Source: Promethearchaeota archaeon
GTDB lineage: Archaea; Asgardarchaeota; Thorarchaeia; Thorarchaeales; Thorarchaeaceae
DNA length: 64,000 bases
NCBI GenBank assembly: GCA_048939765.1
Contig: JBHLPF010000009.1
Location: forward strand, 1,716 to 65,715
Direction: 5' to 3'
Numbering within the stretch: the stretch's first letter is position 1; every line of letters starts with the position of its first letter. Position numbers and translations under genes: made by a program. This document shows, piece after piece, positions 18,729 through 28,115 of the stretch. The notes beneath the pieces were generated by a model. The model was not told the DNA's origin, did no database searches, and saw only the letters and a list, made by a program, of their open reading frames with translations.

Positions 18729-19382
18729 TTGAGATTCCTTGCCATTCCCGTTCGCGAAGGAGAGTTAAGGCAAGTGCCCCATTTCGAGAAGAAGATGGCA
18801 GTCAGTCCACAGATGGTGGTCAATGTGGTTCGGGACGCTCATGAATTCTTCAGGGAAAACAATATCGATGAGCGATACGAGAATATGGCCTTGGATCTCA
18901 TCCGACGATATGTATCGCACGAAGGTCTACCTAGAGAGAGTGACCCTTTCTTTGCTGCTTCGCTCTTCGTTGTTACAAGACACCCATGGAGTCATCCAAA
19001 TCCGCTGACAAAGGGTGATTTCGCGACCAAGATCAGGATCAAGGAATCTAGTCTTGAGTGGTATACTGAGAGCATAATAGACAGACTAGATTTCATAGTC
19101 CTGCATGACCGTAACCGCAATCCATACTTCTTTGATCCAGAGGGAACAATAGCAAGTGTCGTGGACTCGATTGTCCGCTCCAGTGTCGGTGAAGAGGTTG
19201 TGAAGAGCATTGTAAAAGGAGGCGTTGTATCTCCAACTGCACTGGCAGACAAGATAGTTGATCGTCTGTGCAGTGTTGTCAGAATTGTTCCATCTGCATT
19301 TGAACATGAACTCCATCGTCTTGTGCAGCGAAAGATTGAGGAGGAGAGTAAACGCCTGCTTGAACAGCTTGAGGGGCACTAG
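18729..19382 (+). CDS. Hypothetical protein, possible cyclin/TFIIB-repeat fold
   Basis: DPFFAASLFVVTR...LTKGDFATKIRIKESSLEWYTESIIDRL resembles a TFIIB core repeat. Confidence 0.6.
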   Translation: MRFLAIPVREGELRQVPHFEKKMAVSPQMVVNVVRDAHEFFRENNIDERYENMALDLIRRYVSHEGLPRESDPFFAASLFVVTRHPWSHPNPLTKGDFATKIRIKESSLEWYTESIIDRLDFIVLHDRNRNPYFFDPEGTIASVVDSIVRSSVGEEVVKSIVKGGVVSPTALADKIVDRLCSVVRIVPSAFEHELHRLVQRKIEEESKRLLEQLEGH

Positions 19383-19394
19383 TGCTAGTCCACA

Positions 19395-19754
19395 TCAAGT
19401 GTTTTCAGGCTGCAGTGTGACTTCTTCTACAAATCGCTTACCAGCAACTACTTGATCTATGGAGTGGATGACTGCACCAGCCTGCTCTAAAATCTCCTTG
19501 ATCGACTCATATTGTAAGTTGTCACCCTCGAGAGTGATTGTTATGCTCTCTGTGTTCTGATCAACTTCTTTCAGAGAGATGTTTAACCCGTTGACCTGCT
19601 CATCTCTTGAGAGCATCAACGCAAGATCAGTGAGCCTAGGCGTGTGAGGCTTCAATACGTCCAGAACTATTCTTCGAATGCCTTGAGGCAATAAATTCAT
19701 ACCCCGACGTCGACTCTTAAGTCGAGTTTCTTGGACCTCCCCATGGTCAGTCAT
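19395..19754 (-). CDS. DUF211 family protein
   Basis: IRRIVLDVLKPH.P, EVD..TE, GAVIHSIDQV.AG. Confidence 0.88.
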   Translation of the reverse strand: MTDHGEVQETRLKSRRRGMNLLPQGIRRIVLDVLKPHTPRLTDLALMLSRDEQVNGLNISLKEVDQNTESITITLEGDNLQYESIKEILEQAGAVIHSIDQVVAGKRFVEEVTLQPENT

Positions 19755-19939
19755 AGTTAAACCTTACTACACAGCATTGCCGGCCATTTCATTTCAATCC
19801 TTGATACTCTTCTCTCAGATACGCGCTGATGGTTACTCACTCTTGATTAACGTCCGAATGCTTATATCACAGGCAAGCCTCCCCAGCTAGGGGGCCTCAG
19901 TCTGAGACCTCCTGCCGGGAATAGGTAAGGGAAGCAGAC

Positions 19940-20251
19940 TTGAAGCAGGACAAATTGACGAAGCATACTCTGGACAAAAAGGCCGATCCTCCGAAATCGC
20001 CTCCAAGACGCAAGAGGAAGTCAACTCGTAACATTGAGATCAACATTACTGACTTCAAGACACATCCACTCTGGGATTTATTGGTGGAAACCGCTCAGAG
20101 GAATCCTCGATATGCTAATCTCGCAGGCCATACGAGGGAGCACATTCTGAGCACACAACCAGACATCAGTCCCAAGGAGCTTGCAGCCAGACTATCCATA
20201 ACTCTTGGAGAGTCTATCGTGATCCTTGACGATGTGAAGTCAGAGTCCTGA
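19940..20251 (+). CDS. Hypothetical protein with C-terminal HTH-like segment
   Basis: Basic N-terminus; ISPKELAARLSITLGES. Confidence 0.55.
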   Translation: MKQDKLTKHTLDKKADPPKSPPRRKRKSTRNIEINITDFKTHPLWDLLVETAQRNPRYANLAGHTREHILSTQPDISPKELAARLSITLGESIVILDDVKSES

Positions 20252-20319
20252 AGATGTCTTTCTAGATGCATACAAGCTCTCTTTTATGGATGCGCATGTT
20301 CTATGTTCTTGATGCGTTC

Positions 20320-21399
20320 ATGTATGAGCACACTAAATTCAGAGATGCACGACACGCAAAGACTCTGGTTAGTGAAATAGAGGATCTTAACGCTGACAGG
20401 CCTACTCGGATAGTTCACGTCTGCGGAACACATGAGGATACAATAAGCCGTCATGGACTTAGATCACTTCTTCCAGGTAGTATCTCTCTTGTTGCAGGTC
20501 CTGGCTGTCCGGTTTGTGTATGTGCCGCCGAGGATGTCGACTTCGCAATTGAACTATCCCGGAGGGGCCACATAATCGCAACATTTGGTGATATGATACG
20601 TGTTCCTTCCACATCATCATCGCTCATCAAAGAGCGTGCAGATGGCGCCGATATCCGGATTGTGTACGGGGTCAATGAAGCAGTGGACATCGCCAAAAGA
20701 AATCCAGACCGTGAGATAGTTTTCATGGGAGTAGGCTTCGAAACAACTGCTCCTACTATGGCTGTAGAGATATTGAAAAAGCCTCCGAGCAACTTCTCTC
20801 TTCTTACATCCCTAAAGGTGATACCTCCTGCGATGGAGATTCTTGTCAATATCGAGGGATTTGCAGTCGATGGTTTCATTACACCTGGGCATGTGAGTGC
20901 TGTGATAGGAACCAATTCCTATCAGCCATTGGCTAGGAAGCATAGAGTTCCATGTGTGGCAGCTGGATTCGAGCCCCTTGACGTGTTGGAGTCAATCAGG
21001 ATGATCCTGCTGCAGATCAAGGAAGGACGAGCTGAGTCGGAAAACGAATATACTCGAGTCGTGCAGTCTGAGGGAAACATTGCGGCACAAGATGTTCTTG
21101 AGAAAGTATTCCGGCTCGGAAACGCATCTTGGAGAGGGCTAGGAACTATCAAGAACTCTGGGTACTTCCTTCGAGAGCAGTTCAACAGATATGATGCCCG
21201 TCTGAAGTTTGACCTCCCTCCAATCAAATCTGTAGATATTCTCCCCGGCTGCAAATGTCATGAGGTCATTCTCGGCATCGCCAATCCTTCGGACTGTTCT
21301 CTCTTTGGCAATAGATGTGTTCCTGAGGATCCATATGGTCCATGCATGGTAGGCCATGAAGGGACATGCAGAATCAGGCACGAGCATCAAGAATTCTAG
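20320..21399 (+). CDS. hypD: Hydrogenase maturation protein HypD
   Basis: VCGTH, GPGCPVC, GFETT, PGHVS, GPCMV..EG.C; ORF extends to 20266. Confidence 0.96.
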   Translation: MYEHTKFRDARHAKTLVSEIEDLNADRPTRIVHVCGTHEDTISRHGLRSLLPGSISLVAGPGCPVCVCAAEDVDFAIELSRRGHIIATFGDMIRVPSTSSSLIKERADGADIRIVYGVNEAVDIAKRNPDREIVFMGVGFETTAPTMAVEILKKPPSNFSLLTSLKVIPPAMEILVNIEGFAVDGFITPGHVSAVIGTNSYQPLARKHRVPCVAAGFEPLDVLESIRMILLQIKEGRAESENEYTRVVQSEGNIAAQDVLEKVFRLGNASWRGLGTIKNSGYFLREQFNRYDARLKFDLPPIKSVDILPGCKCHEVILGIANPSDCSLFGNRCVPEDPYGPCMVGHEGTCRIRHEHQEF

Positions 21400-22034
21400 T
21401 TACGCCGCTCCTTCTCAAGTTCTCTCAGCTCCCTCTCAGTATTCGCATTGGAGAAGGTTGCTAAATCCGAGTCAAATTCGGACAATACAAGAGTCGAGAT
21501 GTACAGGACATTTCTCAGTCTGTCCAACAAATCCCTCATCCGATATTTCTTCCTTTCCGCCGTTTCGATACCTGCGGTGTACGCATGCTCTGCGAGATAT
21601 ATTGAATGAAGGGGCTCAATATATCCTGAAGGCCAGGATGGGACCACTGCACCATGGCTTTCTCGCAGTTGGTATATAGTCTTCAGTACATCCACATTAG
21701 CAAGCGGCGTGTCAATGGGAAGCAATTGTGTATAGTCTGTTTCGGTATACTCGAAAGCTGTTATAGCTCCAGTGAGGGCGCATCTGACCGAGTCCTGTGG
21801 ATCAACGACTATGGGGAGATCCTTGGCATGTTTCTCCAGAGATTTTGCCTTCTCTTCGTTCGAAACCACAATCATTACCCGGTGGGACAACTTCGTAGCA
21901 ATGTCAATCATATGTGCGATGAGTGGTCTTCCTCGGAAATAAGCAAGACTCTTCTCTGACTTGAAGCGAGCTGAGTTTCCCCCAGCCAGAATTGCAACCG
22001 TCAAGTCTTGGTCACTCATTTTACACTTCCTCAT
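21396..22034 (-). CDS. mobA: Molybdenum cofactor guanylyltransferase
   Basis: ILAGG.S.RF..EK, D.P, EPLH..Y, N.NT..EL. Confidence 0.9.
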   Translation of the reverse strand: MRKCKMSDQDLTVAILAGGNSARFKSEKSLAYFRGRPLIAHMIDIATKLSHRVMIVVSNEEKAKSLEKHAKDLPIVVDPQDSVRCALTGAITAFEYTETDYTQLLPIDTPLANVDVLKTIYQLRESHGAVVPSWPSGYIEPLHSIYLAEHAYTAGIETAERKKYRMRDLLDRLRNVLYISTLVLSEFDSDLATFSNANTERELRELEKERRN

Positions 22035-22246
22035 TCTTTTCAGTGCCAGCGGGCTATCGACTTACTCTTGAATCTGACGTTTAGGATGTGCTATGGTCCA
22101 ACTGTCATCTATATAAATAGTGAATCAAATCTCGAAAGTGCCCAGGGAATAGGCATGTCCCGTTTTGTAGATGAAGGCGTGAGATTCACTTCCAGCAGCC
22201 TGTTACGGACTGGTCGATTCTTCCTGCTATTGCAGAAAAAGAGCCA

Positions 22247-23155
22247 TCATTGAGGAGGACTCTCTGACTCCAACTGCTGGTCTTTGGAACTCTCCACAAC
22301 AAGAGGGAAGTCAGGCTTAACTCGATGTCCTGATAGAATATCTTCGACATCGGGAAGGTCTAGAGCCACCGCTAGAAGCTCCGTGTAGTAATATACTGGC
22401 AGTTTGAAATCAGTTCCATATGTCCTGTTGACAATACGTTGTCCTGACTCAAATGAGATGAAGCAGGTTGGACAAAAGACCACTGCAGCATCAGGATTGA
22501 CCATCATCATACTATCCATTTTTTCCTTTAGAATAGAGAACGATATGTCTGAGGCTTGCCCCCGGATGCCAGCTCCACAGCACATTGTCTTGTCCATGTA
22601 ATCAAGCGGCTCCATCCCAAGGGTTTCAACCAGCTTGTCAAGCTTGACTGGAGCCTCTGGTGAGTCGACCTGCAATATCTCTGACGGCCTTAGAAGATGG
22701 CATCCTGAATGTGTGACCACGCTCATGCCCACAGGCTTTACCACCTTCTTGCTAATCTCTTCAGTGCCAATCTCATCATGGAACAACTGGTGGAGATGGA
22801 TAATTGATGAAGTGCCTTTATACTCCATACCAACTGCAGCCAACTGTTCGTTCGCGAGAGTCTTTCTCTCTGGTTTGGTATCCATCTCATGTTTTGCCAT
22901 AGTCAATGACTCGTGGCACCCTGCGCAAGCTGTAAGAATATCAAGACCCTGCGCTTCTGCCAGAGCTATGTTCCTTGCTGCAAAGACCAACCAGGTTTCA
23001 TCTGAGAAGGATCGCACTGCATTAGGCTCTGGACAGCACGTGAATGGTAGGTCCACAAGCTCGATGTCGAAATGAGGCGCAACCATTCGGATGGACTTCT
23101 CAGCAAAAGGGAGCCGATATGCCATTGTGCATCCAATGAAGAACGCGTACTTCAT
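22247..23155 (-). CDS. hdrB: Heterodisulfide reductase subunit B
   Basis: FIGC, TCCPEP, HSGCHLLRP, MCCGAG, CPTC (two CCG domains). Confidence 0.95.
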   Translation of the reverse strand: MKYAFFIGCTMAYRLPFAEKSIRMVAPHFDIELVDLPFTCCPEPNAVRSFSDETWLVFAARNIALAEAQGLDILTACAGCHESLTMAKHEMDTKPERKTLANEQLAAVGMEYKGTSSIIHLHQLFHDEIGTEEISKKVVKPVGMSVVTHSGCHLLRPSEILQVDSPEAPVKLDKLVETLGMEPLDYMDKTMCCGAGIRGQASDISFSILKEKMDSMMMVNPDAAVVFCPTCFISFESGQRIVNRTYGTDFKLPVYYYTELLAVALDLPDVEDILSGHRVKPDFPLVVESSKDQQLESESPPQ

Positions 23156-23643
23156 TCAACAGCGGTCTCCTTTGCTAGGTTCTTCTCCAGAATCTCCATT
23201 GCCCCAGTCCCCTCGAACAGCGTCTTGATCTGTTCTGGGTCTGCCTTTGGAATCTCTGGGAGCCCAAGTTGATTTCGCTTTCTATCTACTCCGGAAGTAC
23301 CGGGTGCTATTGCTCCGATTGTGAAGAAGGACTCAACAGCCTGAACGATACTGATTGGTGCCTTTCCATCAGCAGTGGATAGGTTCTTGAGTTCAATAAG
23401 AATGTCTGCCAGAGAAACCCCCATGGGGCATCTTTGTTCACACATGAGGCAGTACGCACAAAGCCATTCATTTCCTTCCTCTATCAGCTCTCCATTTGCT
23501 ATCACTGAATCAACAGCTAGTCTTGGGTTGACTTCTGGTGCCACCCTAAATACTGGACATGATGAGGAACATATACCGCACTGAAAACACGGCTTTGCAG
23601 CTTCCCTGAGTTCTTCGATGCGTTTCTGTGGGTCGCCTTTCAT
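23152..23643 (-). CDS. hdrC: Heterodisulfide reductase subunit C
   Basis: CFQCGICSSSCP; WLCAYCLMCEQRCP. Confidence 0.93.
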   Translation of the reverse strand: MKGDPQKRIEELREAAKPCFQCGICSSSCPVFRVAPEVNPRLAVDSVIANGELIEEGNEWLCAYCLMCEQRCPMGVSLADILIELKNLSTADGKAPISIVQAVESFFTIGAIAPGTSGVDRKRNQLGLPEIPKADPEQIKTLFEGTGAMEILEKNLAKETAVE

Positions 23644-23651
23644 CTTTCCAC

Positions 23652-26192
23652 CTACTTCCTTGACTGCTTCTTTGGTGTGGTTGCTTTCTTAGTCGCTGTC
23701 TTTGGCTTTGAGGACGCCTTTTTCTTCGTCTTCTTCTTTGCTGCAGTCTTTGCCTTTGCTTTTGGTTTGCTCTTTGGCTTTGGTACAGGCTTTGTCTTGT
23801 TGTGTTTCTCAACAACATCTGCCATGTCTTGCATTATGCCTTGCCACTTCTTCCCCTCACTCGCCGAAATCCAGTCCACTCTGAAGCGTTCATCCGCAAT
23901 TCCATTTCGCTCCATCCATCTGCGGAGTCTTGGCTCACGCTTTGCCATCCAATGGTTTCCTGTCTGGAAGTGACAGTCCGAAGGCAAATGGCAACCAGAG
24001 TACAGGACTGCTCCAGCTCCGAGCTCGAATGCTTTCTGAGCAAATTGAACGTGGTATCGACCAGAGCAGAGTGCGCGTATCACTCTTGCATTGGTGGGAT
24101 ACTGCATCCGTGAAACACCAGCTAGGTCTGAGCCGCGGTAGGAGCAATAGGTACATGCAAAAGCGACGATTTTCTCTGAAGGATTCTCTTTGAGTGCCAT
24201 CTCAATCTGAGCATGAATCTGTTCATTTGTGAAGTTGGGCATGTAAATAGCGTCGTTTGGACAATCACCTGCACAGGCGCCACATGCCTGACATAAAGCG
24301 CCCACCACAGTATGCTTTCCTGCACCATCTACCACGATAGCTCCATATGGGCACCTCTTTACACACGTGCCACATCTTGTACATTTGTCCTGCAGAATCT
24401 TGGCGCTCAGGGCCTCAATGGGATACCTTCCCTTTTGCAGTATTATAGAAGCGCGTCCAGCCGCGGCACTAGCCTGAATAACTGAGTCCCTGATGTCCTT
24501 GGGTGACTCTGCGCCGCCACAGATGAAGATACCAGCTGAACTCGTATCAACAGGCCTCAGCTTAGGATGGGACTCTATATAGAACGAGTCTTCAGTGCAA
24601 GATATCGGTAGTGGGAAGTCTCCAGCCGTTCCTTGAGCTCCCATTGAAAGGATGACCATGTCATAATCGACCATGAGCAACTTATTGTGTGTCGTGTCCT
24701 CAACAGCAACTCTCAGACTCTTGGTGTCGGGATACTGCTGAATCTCTCCAACACGTCCTCGTATGAACTTGACACCCTCTTCTCTCGCTTTGAGGTATTG
24801 GTCCTCGAAATACTTGCCATGCATCCGGAGGTCCTGATAGTATATTGTGACCTCAGTGTCTGGATAATGCTCTTTGATGAGCAAGGAGCACTTCACTGAT
24901 TCCGCACAGCAATAGTTGGAGCAGCCTGTTCTGGTCGAGATGTTGCGTGAGCCGACACACTGAACTATTGCAATTGACTTCGGCTTTGAAACATCTGATG
25001 GCCTTACTAGATGCCCCTCAGTTGGCCCCGCTGCGTTGATCAGTCTTTCAAACTCCAATGTTGTAATGACATTTGGATATCTTCCCCACCCGAGCCGTGG
25101 AATTTTATTGGGATCTGCAGGAGTAAATCCTGTTGCTAGTATGATTACACCTGCCTGGAACTCGATGATCTTGTTTCTATCAGAGGGGACTATTGCCTCC
25201 TGTTCACACCTGTCTATGCATTTTCCACAACGAATGAGGTCCATTCCAAGACATGCGTCAGGATTGATGAAGAAGGTTGAAGGGACAGCTTGTGGGAATG
25301 GGATACTGATTGCCTTGTTCCATGTAAGGTTCTGATCTGTACGACTGGGCACATCTACTGGACAGACCTCGACACAGTCGCCACATGCCGTGCACTTGTC
25401 GGGGTCTACGTATCTGGCCCTCTGCTTCACTCGTACATTGAAATTGCCAACATACCCCGAGATCTCATCGACTTCAGCCATTGTAATGAGATTGATGTTT
25501 GGGTGCCTTGCCACATCCACCATCTTGGGTCCTAAAATACAAATGGAACAATCATTCTGGGGGAAGACCTTGTCAAGAAGCGCCATGATCCCTCCAATGG
25601 TCGGTTCCTTTTCGATCAGGTGGACTTTGAATCCCGCCTCTGCCAAGTCCAATGCGGCTTGCATGCCCGCAACGCCTGCTCCCACAACCATTGCAGCTTG
25701 GGTGACGGGAACATCAAGTTCTGGTTGAGCCTCCAATGTTCTTGCCTTCGCCACAGACATAGCCACAAGCTCCTTGGCTTTCAATGTGGCTTCTTCTGGC
25801 TCGTGCATATGTACCCACGAAACGTGTTCACGTATGTTTGCCATTATACAGAGATAGGGGTTCAATCCTGCAGCCTTGACTGTCTTTCGAAATGTGTCCT
25901 CATGCATAGTTGGTGAACAAGACGCCACGACAACTCTGTTTAGTCCATGTTCCTTTATGGCCTGTTGAATCTCGTTCTGCCCCGGATCTGCACAAGTGTA
26001 TCTATTAGTCTGAACAAAGACCACATCTGGCAGAGTTTCCGCGTACCTGGCGACTTCATCTATGTCCACAACTGCGCCAATATTCTTCCCACACGCACAT
26101 GGGAATACTCCTATCCTCACTTCTCCTTTTGCAGAAACGACCGTCGTATCTTCAGCAGCTTCAGCCTGTGTTTTCGGATCGCTTGTGGTCAT
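23652..26192 (-). CDS. hdrA: Heterodisulfide reductase subunit A fused to an MvhD-like domain
   Basis: C.CGKNI, VGAGVAG (FAD), NDCSIC, CSNYCC, two ferredoxin inserts; C-terminal CSY...CSGR...GCH..DCH (MvhD). Confidence 0.95.
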   Translation of the reverse strand: MTTSDPKTQAEAAEDTTVVSAKGEVRIGVFPCACGKNIGAVVDIDEVARYAETLPDVVFVQTNRYTCADPGQNEIQQAIKEHGLNRVVVASCSPTMHEDTFRKTVKAAGLNPYLCIMANIREHVSWVHMHEPEEATLKAKELVAMSVAKARTLEAQPELDVPVTQAAMVVGAGVAGMQAALDLAEAGFKVHLIEKEPTIGGIMALLDKVFPQNDCSICILGPKMVDVARHPNINLITMAEVDEISGYVGNFNVRVKQRARYVDPDKCTACGDCVEVCPVDVPSRTDQNLTWNKAISIPFPQAVPSTFFINPDACLGMDLIRCGKCIDRCEQEAIVPSDRNKIIEFQAGVIILATGFTPADPNKIPRLGWGRYPNVITTLEFERLINAAGPTEGHLVRPSDVSKPKSIAIVQCVGSRNISTRTGCSNYCCAESVKCSLLIKEHYPDTEVTIYYQDLRMHGKYFEDQYLKAREEGVKFIRGRVGEIQQYPDTKSLRVAVEDTTHNKLLMVDYDMVILSMGAQGTAGDFPLPISCTEDSFYIESHPKLRPVDTSSAGIFICGGAESPKDIRDSVIQASAAAGRASIILQKGRYPIEALSAKILQDKCTRCGTCVKRCPYGAIVVDGAGKHTVVGALCQACGACAGDCPNDAIYMPNFTNEQIHAQIEMALKENPSEKIVAFACTYCSYRGSDLAGVSRMQYPTNARVIRALCSGRYHVQFAQKAFELGAGAVLYSGCHLPSDCHFQTGNHWMAKREPRLRRWMERNGIADERFRVDWISASEGKKWQGIMQDMADVVEKHNKTKPVPKPKSKPKAKAKTAAKKKTKKKASSKPKTATKKATTPKKQSRK

Positions 26193-26410
26193 TGAGCCAC
26201 TCCCTTGTCCTGCAGGGGGACAATTCTGTTCTCGCGCCTATTTCTAGTCTGGACAAGCGTGGGCTAAATAAAGTTTGAGAATAGCAGACAATTTCGTTCA
26301 ATATAGTTCAGAAGCATCCGTCGTTGAGGAGTAGCATCAAGTATCAGCCGCGTGTCCGCCATCAAAGATATGATAAGGCGATTAGTTTGGCAAAGAGAAA
26401 TGACTTCGAT

Positions 26411-26734
26411 ATGACAGTGAGCGCTGATGGGCCAAGAATGACTAGAGAGAAACGCACAGTGGAGAAGATGATCAGATTCTATTGTGAACGAAAGCACAAT
26501 AGAAAGGATGGCAATCTCTGTGAGGCTTGTTTCACTCTTCTTGACTACTCAATGGATAGGCTAGACCACTGTCAGTTCGGTGAAGATAAGCCGACTTGTA
26601 GAAAATGTACTGTTCACTGCTATAGGCCGACCAGGCGAGAGGAGATTCGTCAAGTGATGCGGTTCTCAGGACCTCGGCTTGCAATTAGGATGCCTTCTGA
26701 TTGGATACGGCATGCCTTTGACGAGAAGGAATAA
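26411..26734 (+). CDS. Nitrous oxide-stimulated promoter family (YgbA-like) protein
   Basis: REKRTV..MI..YC, RLD.C.FGE.KPTC.KC..HCY.P. Confidence 0.85.
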   Translation: MTVSADGPRMTREKRTVEKMIRFYCERKHNRKDGNLCEACFTLLDYSMDRLDHCQFGEDKPTCRKCTVHCYRPTRREEIRQVMRFSGPRLAIRMPSDWIRHAFDEKE

Positions 26735-26808
26735 TGAGGCGAGCTGGGGCACCAAAACCGTAAAAAGCAGGTCTCAACGTCGAGGGTTTGTTTCAAGGAG
26801 GTAGTCAC

Positions 26809-27582
26809 ATGCCTGGCAAGGTATGGAAGTACATCACAGATAAGCTGGAAACGGAAGGCGCTTGTCATTTCTCCCTGCTTGACCCCGACCCGCTAGCTAT
26901 GAATAATGAAACTGTTGTAGAGCTGGCAAAGATTGCAGAGGTGTCTGGTTCCGATGCCATAATGATAGGCGGCAGCACAATCTTTGGTGATATTGATGAT
27001 TCCGCCAAAGCTATCACCGACGCCGTTGACATACCTACCATTTTATTTCCTGGCAACATTACAGGTGTTACCGAGCATGCAGACGCCATGTTCTTCATGA
27101 GTCTTCTAAACAGTAGGAGTCCATACTACCTAATTGGCGCCCAAGCTCTTGCAGCGCCACGGGTAAAATTCTCGAACATTGAGCCAATTCCAATGGCATA
27201 TCTTCTGATAGAGCCAGGCAAGACTGCAGCCTGGGTCGGCGACGCCAGATGCTTCCCCCGGGACAAACCAAAACTCGTCTTGATGTATGCCCTTGCAGCA
27301 GAGCTACTTGGATTCAAACTAGTCTACCTTGAGGCTGGAAGTGGCGCCGAGGGCGGTGGAGTCCCGACACAGACCATTGCTACTGTAGCGCAATATTGTG
27401 ACATCCCCATCATCACAGGTGGTGGCTTCAATGATGCTGAATCAGTAGTTAGGGCTGTCGAAGCCGGGGCATCCATTGTGGTTCAGGGAACGTATATCGA
27501 GAAATATGCTCAGGACGACAAAGGAGCGGGTTTGAAGAAGATAGTAAAGGCACTGAAGGACGCAGGAGCCAAGAAGATATAG
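26809..27582 (+). CDS. Geranylgeranylglyceryl phosphate synthase
   Basis: LLDPD, IMIGGST, LFPG, SLLNS, YLEAGSG; GGAGGT Shine-Dalgarno upstream. Confidence 0.93.
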   Translation: MPGKVWKYITDKLETEGACHFSLLDPDPLAMNNETVVELAKIAEVSGSDAIMIGGSTIFGDIDDSAKAITDAVDIPTILFPGNITGVTEHADAMFFMSLLNSRSPYYLIGAQALAAPRVKFSNIEPIPMAYLLIEPGKTAAWVGDARCFPRDKPKLVLMYALAAELLGFKLVYLEAGSGAEGGGVPTQTIATVAQYCDIPIITGGGFNDAESVVRAVEAGASIVVQGTYIEKYAQDDKGAGLKKIVKALKDAGAKKI

Positions 27583-27657
27583 TATAGAGATTCGCCCTAA
27601 GTTTAAATACTCCTAAGGGCTTTTTGACCGAGAGTCCCCCAAGGGAGGTCCAGCACC

Positions 27658-28056
27658 GTGTCCTCAAAGACTGAAATGCTTACCGAGCTTCTCGAAGACC
27701 TAAGTCGTGCCTCCCAAGGTAATGTCCAGGCCAGCGTCATAATCTCCCGCTCTCAAGGACTACCGATCTGCTCTCATTTTCCTCCTACAGATGACGCTGC
27801 TATGGTGCCTGAAGAAGATGTTATAGCAGGCAGGGCTATCCAGATCGAGTCTCAGACCATCAAGGTTTTCAAGCAGCTCAAACGGGGCCCTTTTGTTAGA
27901 ATGCTCATAGAGGGCGAGTCTGGGTATGTCATCGTCTGCGACGCAGGAGAGGATGCAATACTTGCGGTCCTGACGACCAAGGGCGCAAATGTTGGCTACA
28001 TGTTCTTTATGATGGCACGACACTCTAAGCGCATAGCAAATATCCTCGGCGGCTAG
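27658..28056 (+). CDS. Roadblock/LC7 domain protein
   Basis: ASVIISRSQGLPI, LIEGESGYVI...AG..AIL.VL, N.G..F. Confidence 0.85.
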   Translation: MSSKTEMLTELLEDLSRASQGNVQASVIISRSQGLPICSHFPPTDDAAMVPEEDVIAGRAIQIESQTIKVFKQLKRGPFVRMLIEGESGYVIVCDAGEDAILAVLTTKGANVGYMFFMMARHSKRIANILGG

Positions 28057-28115
28057 TTTTTCATTCCGGCACTCTTTTATTCGTCAGCTTGGGCATCTGA
28101 AAACGCATCATCCAG

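Noticed and set aside
19861-19920. Short hairpins after a TTATAT box upstream of 19940
   Set aside because: Stems of 4-5 bp are within chance expectation
22035-22246. SECIS candidate downstream of hdrACB
   Set aside because: No convincing SECIS fold, and the hdr genes have no in-frame TGA; the region holds a TTTATATA promoter-like element for mobA
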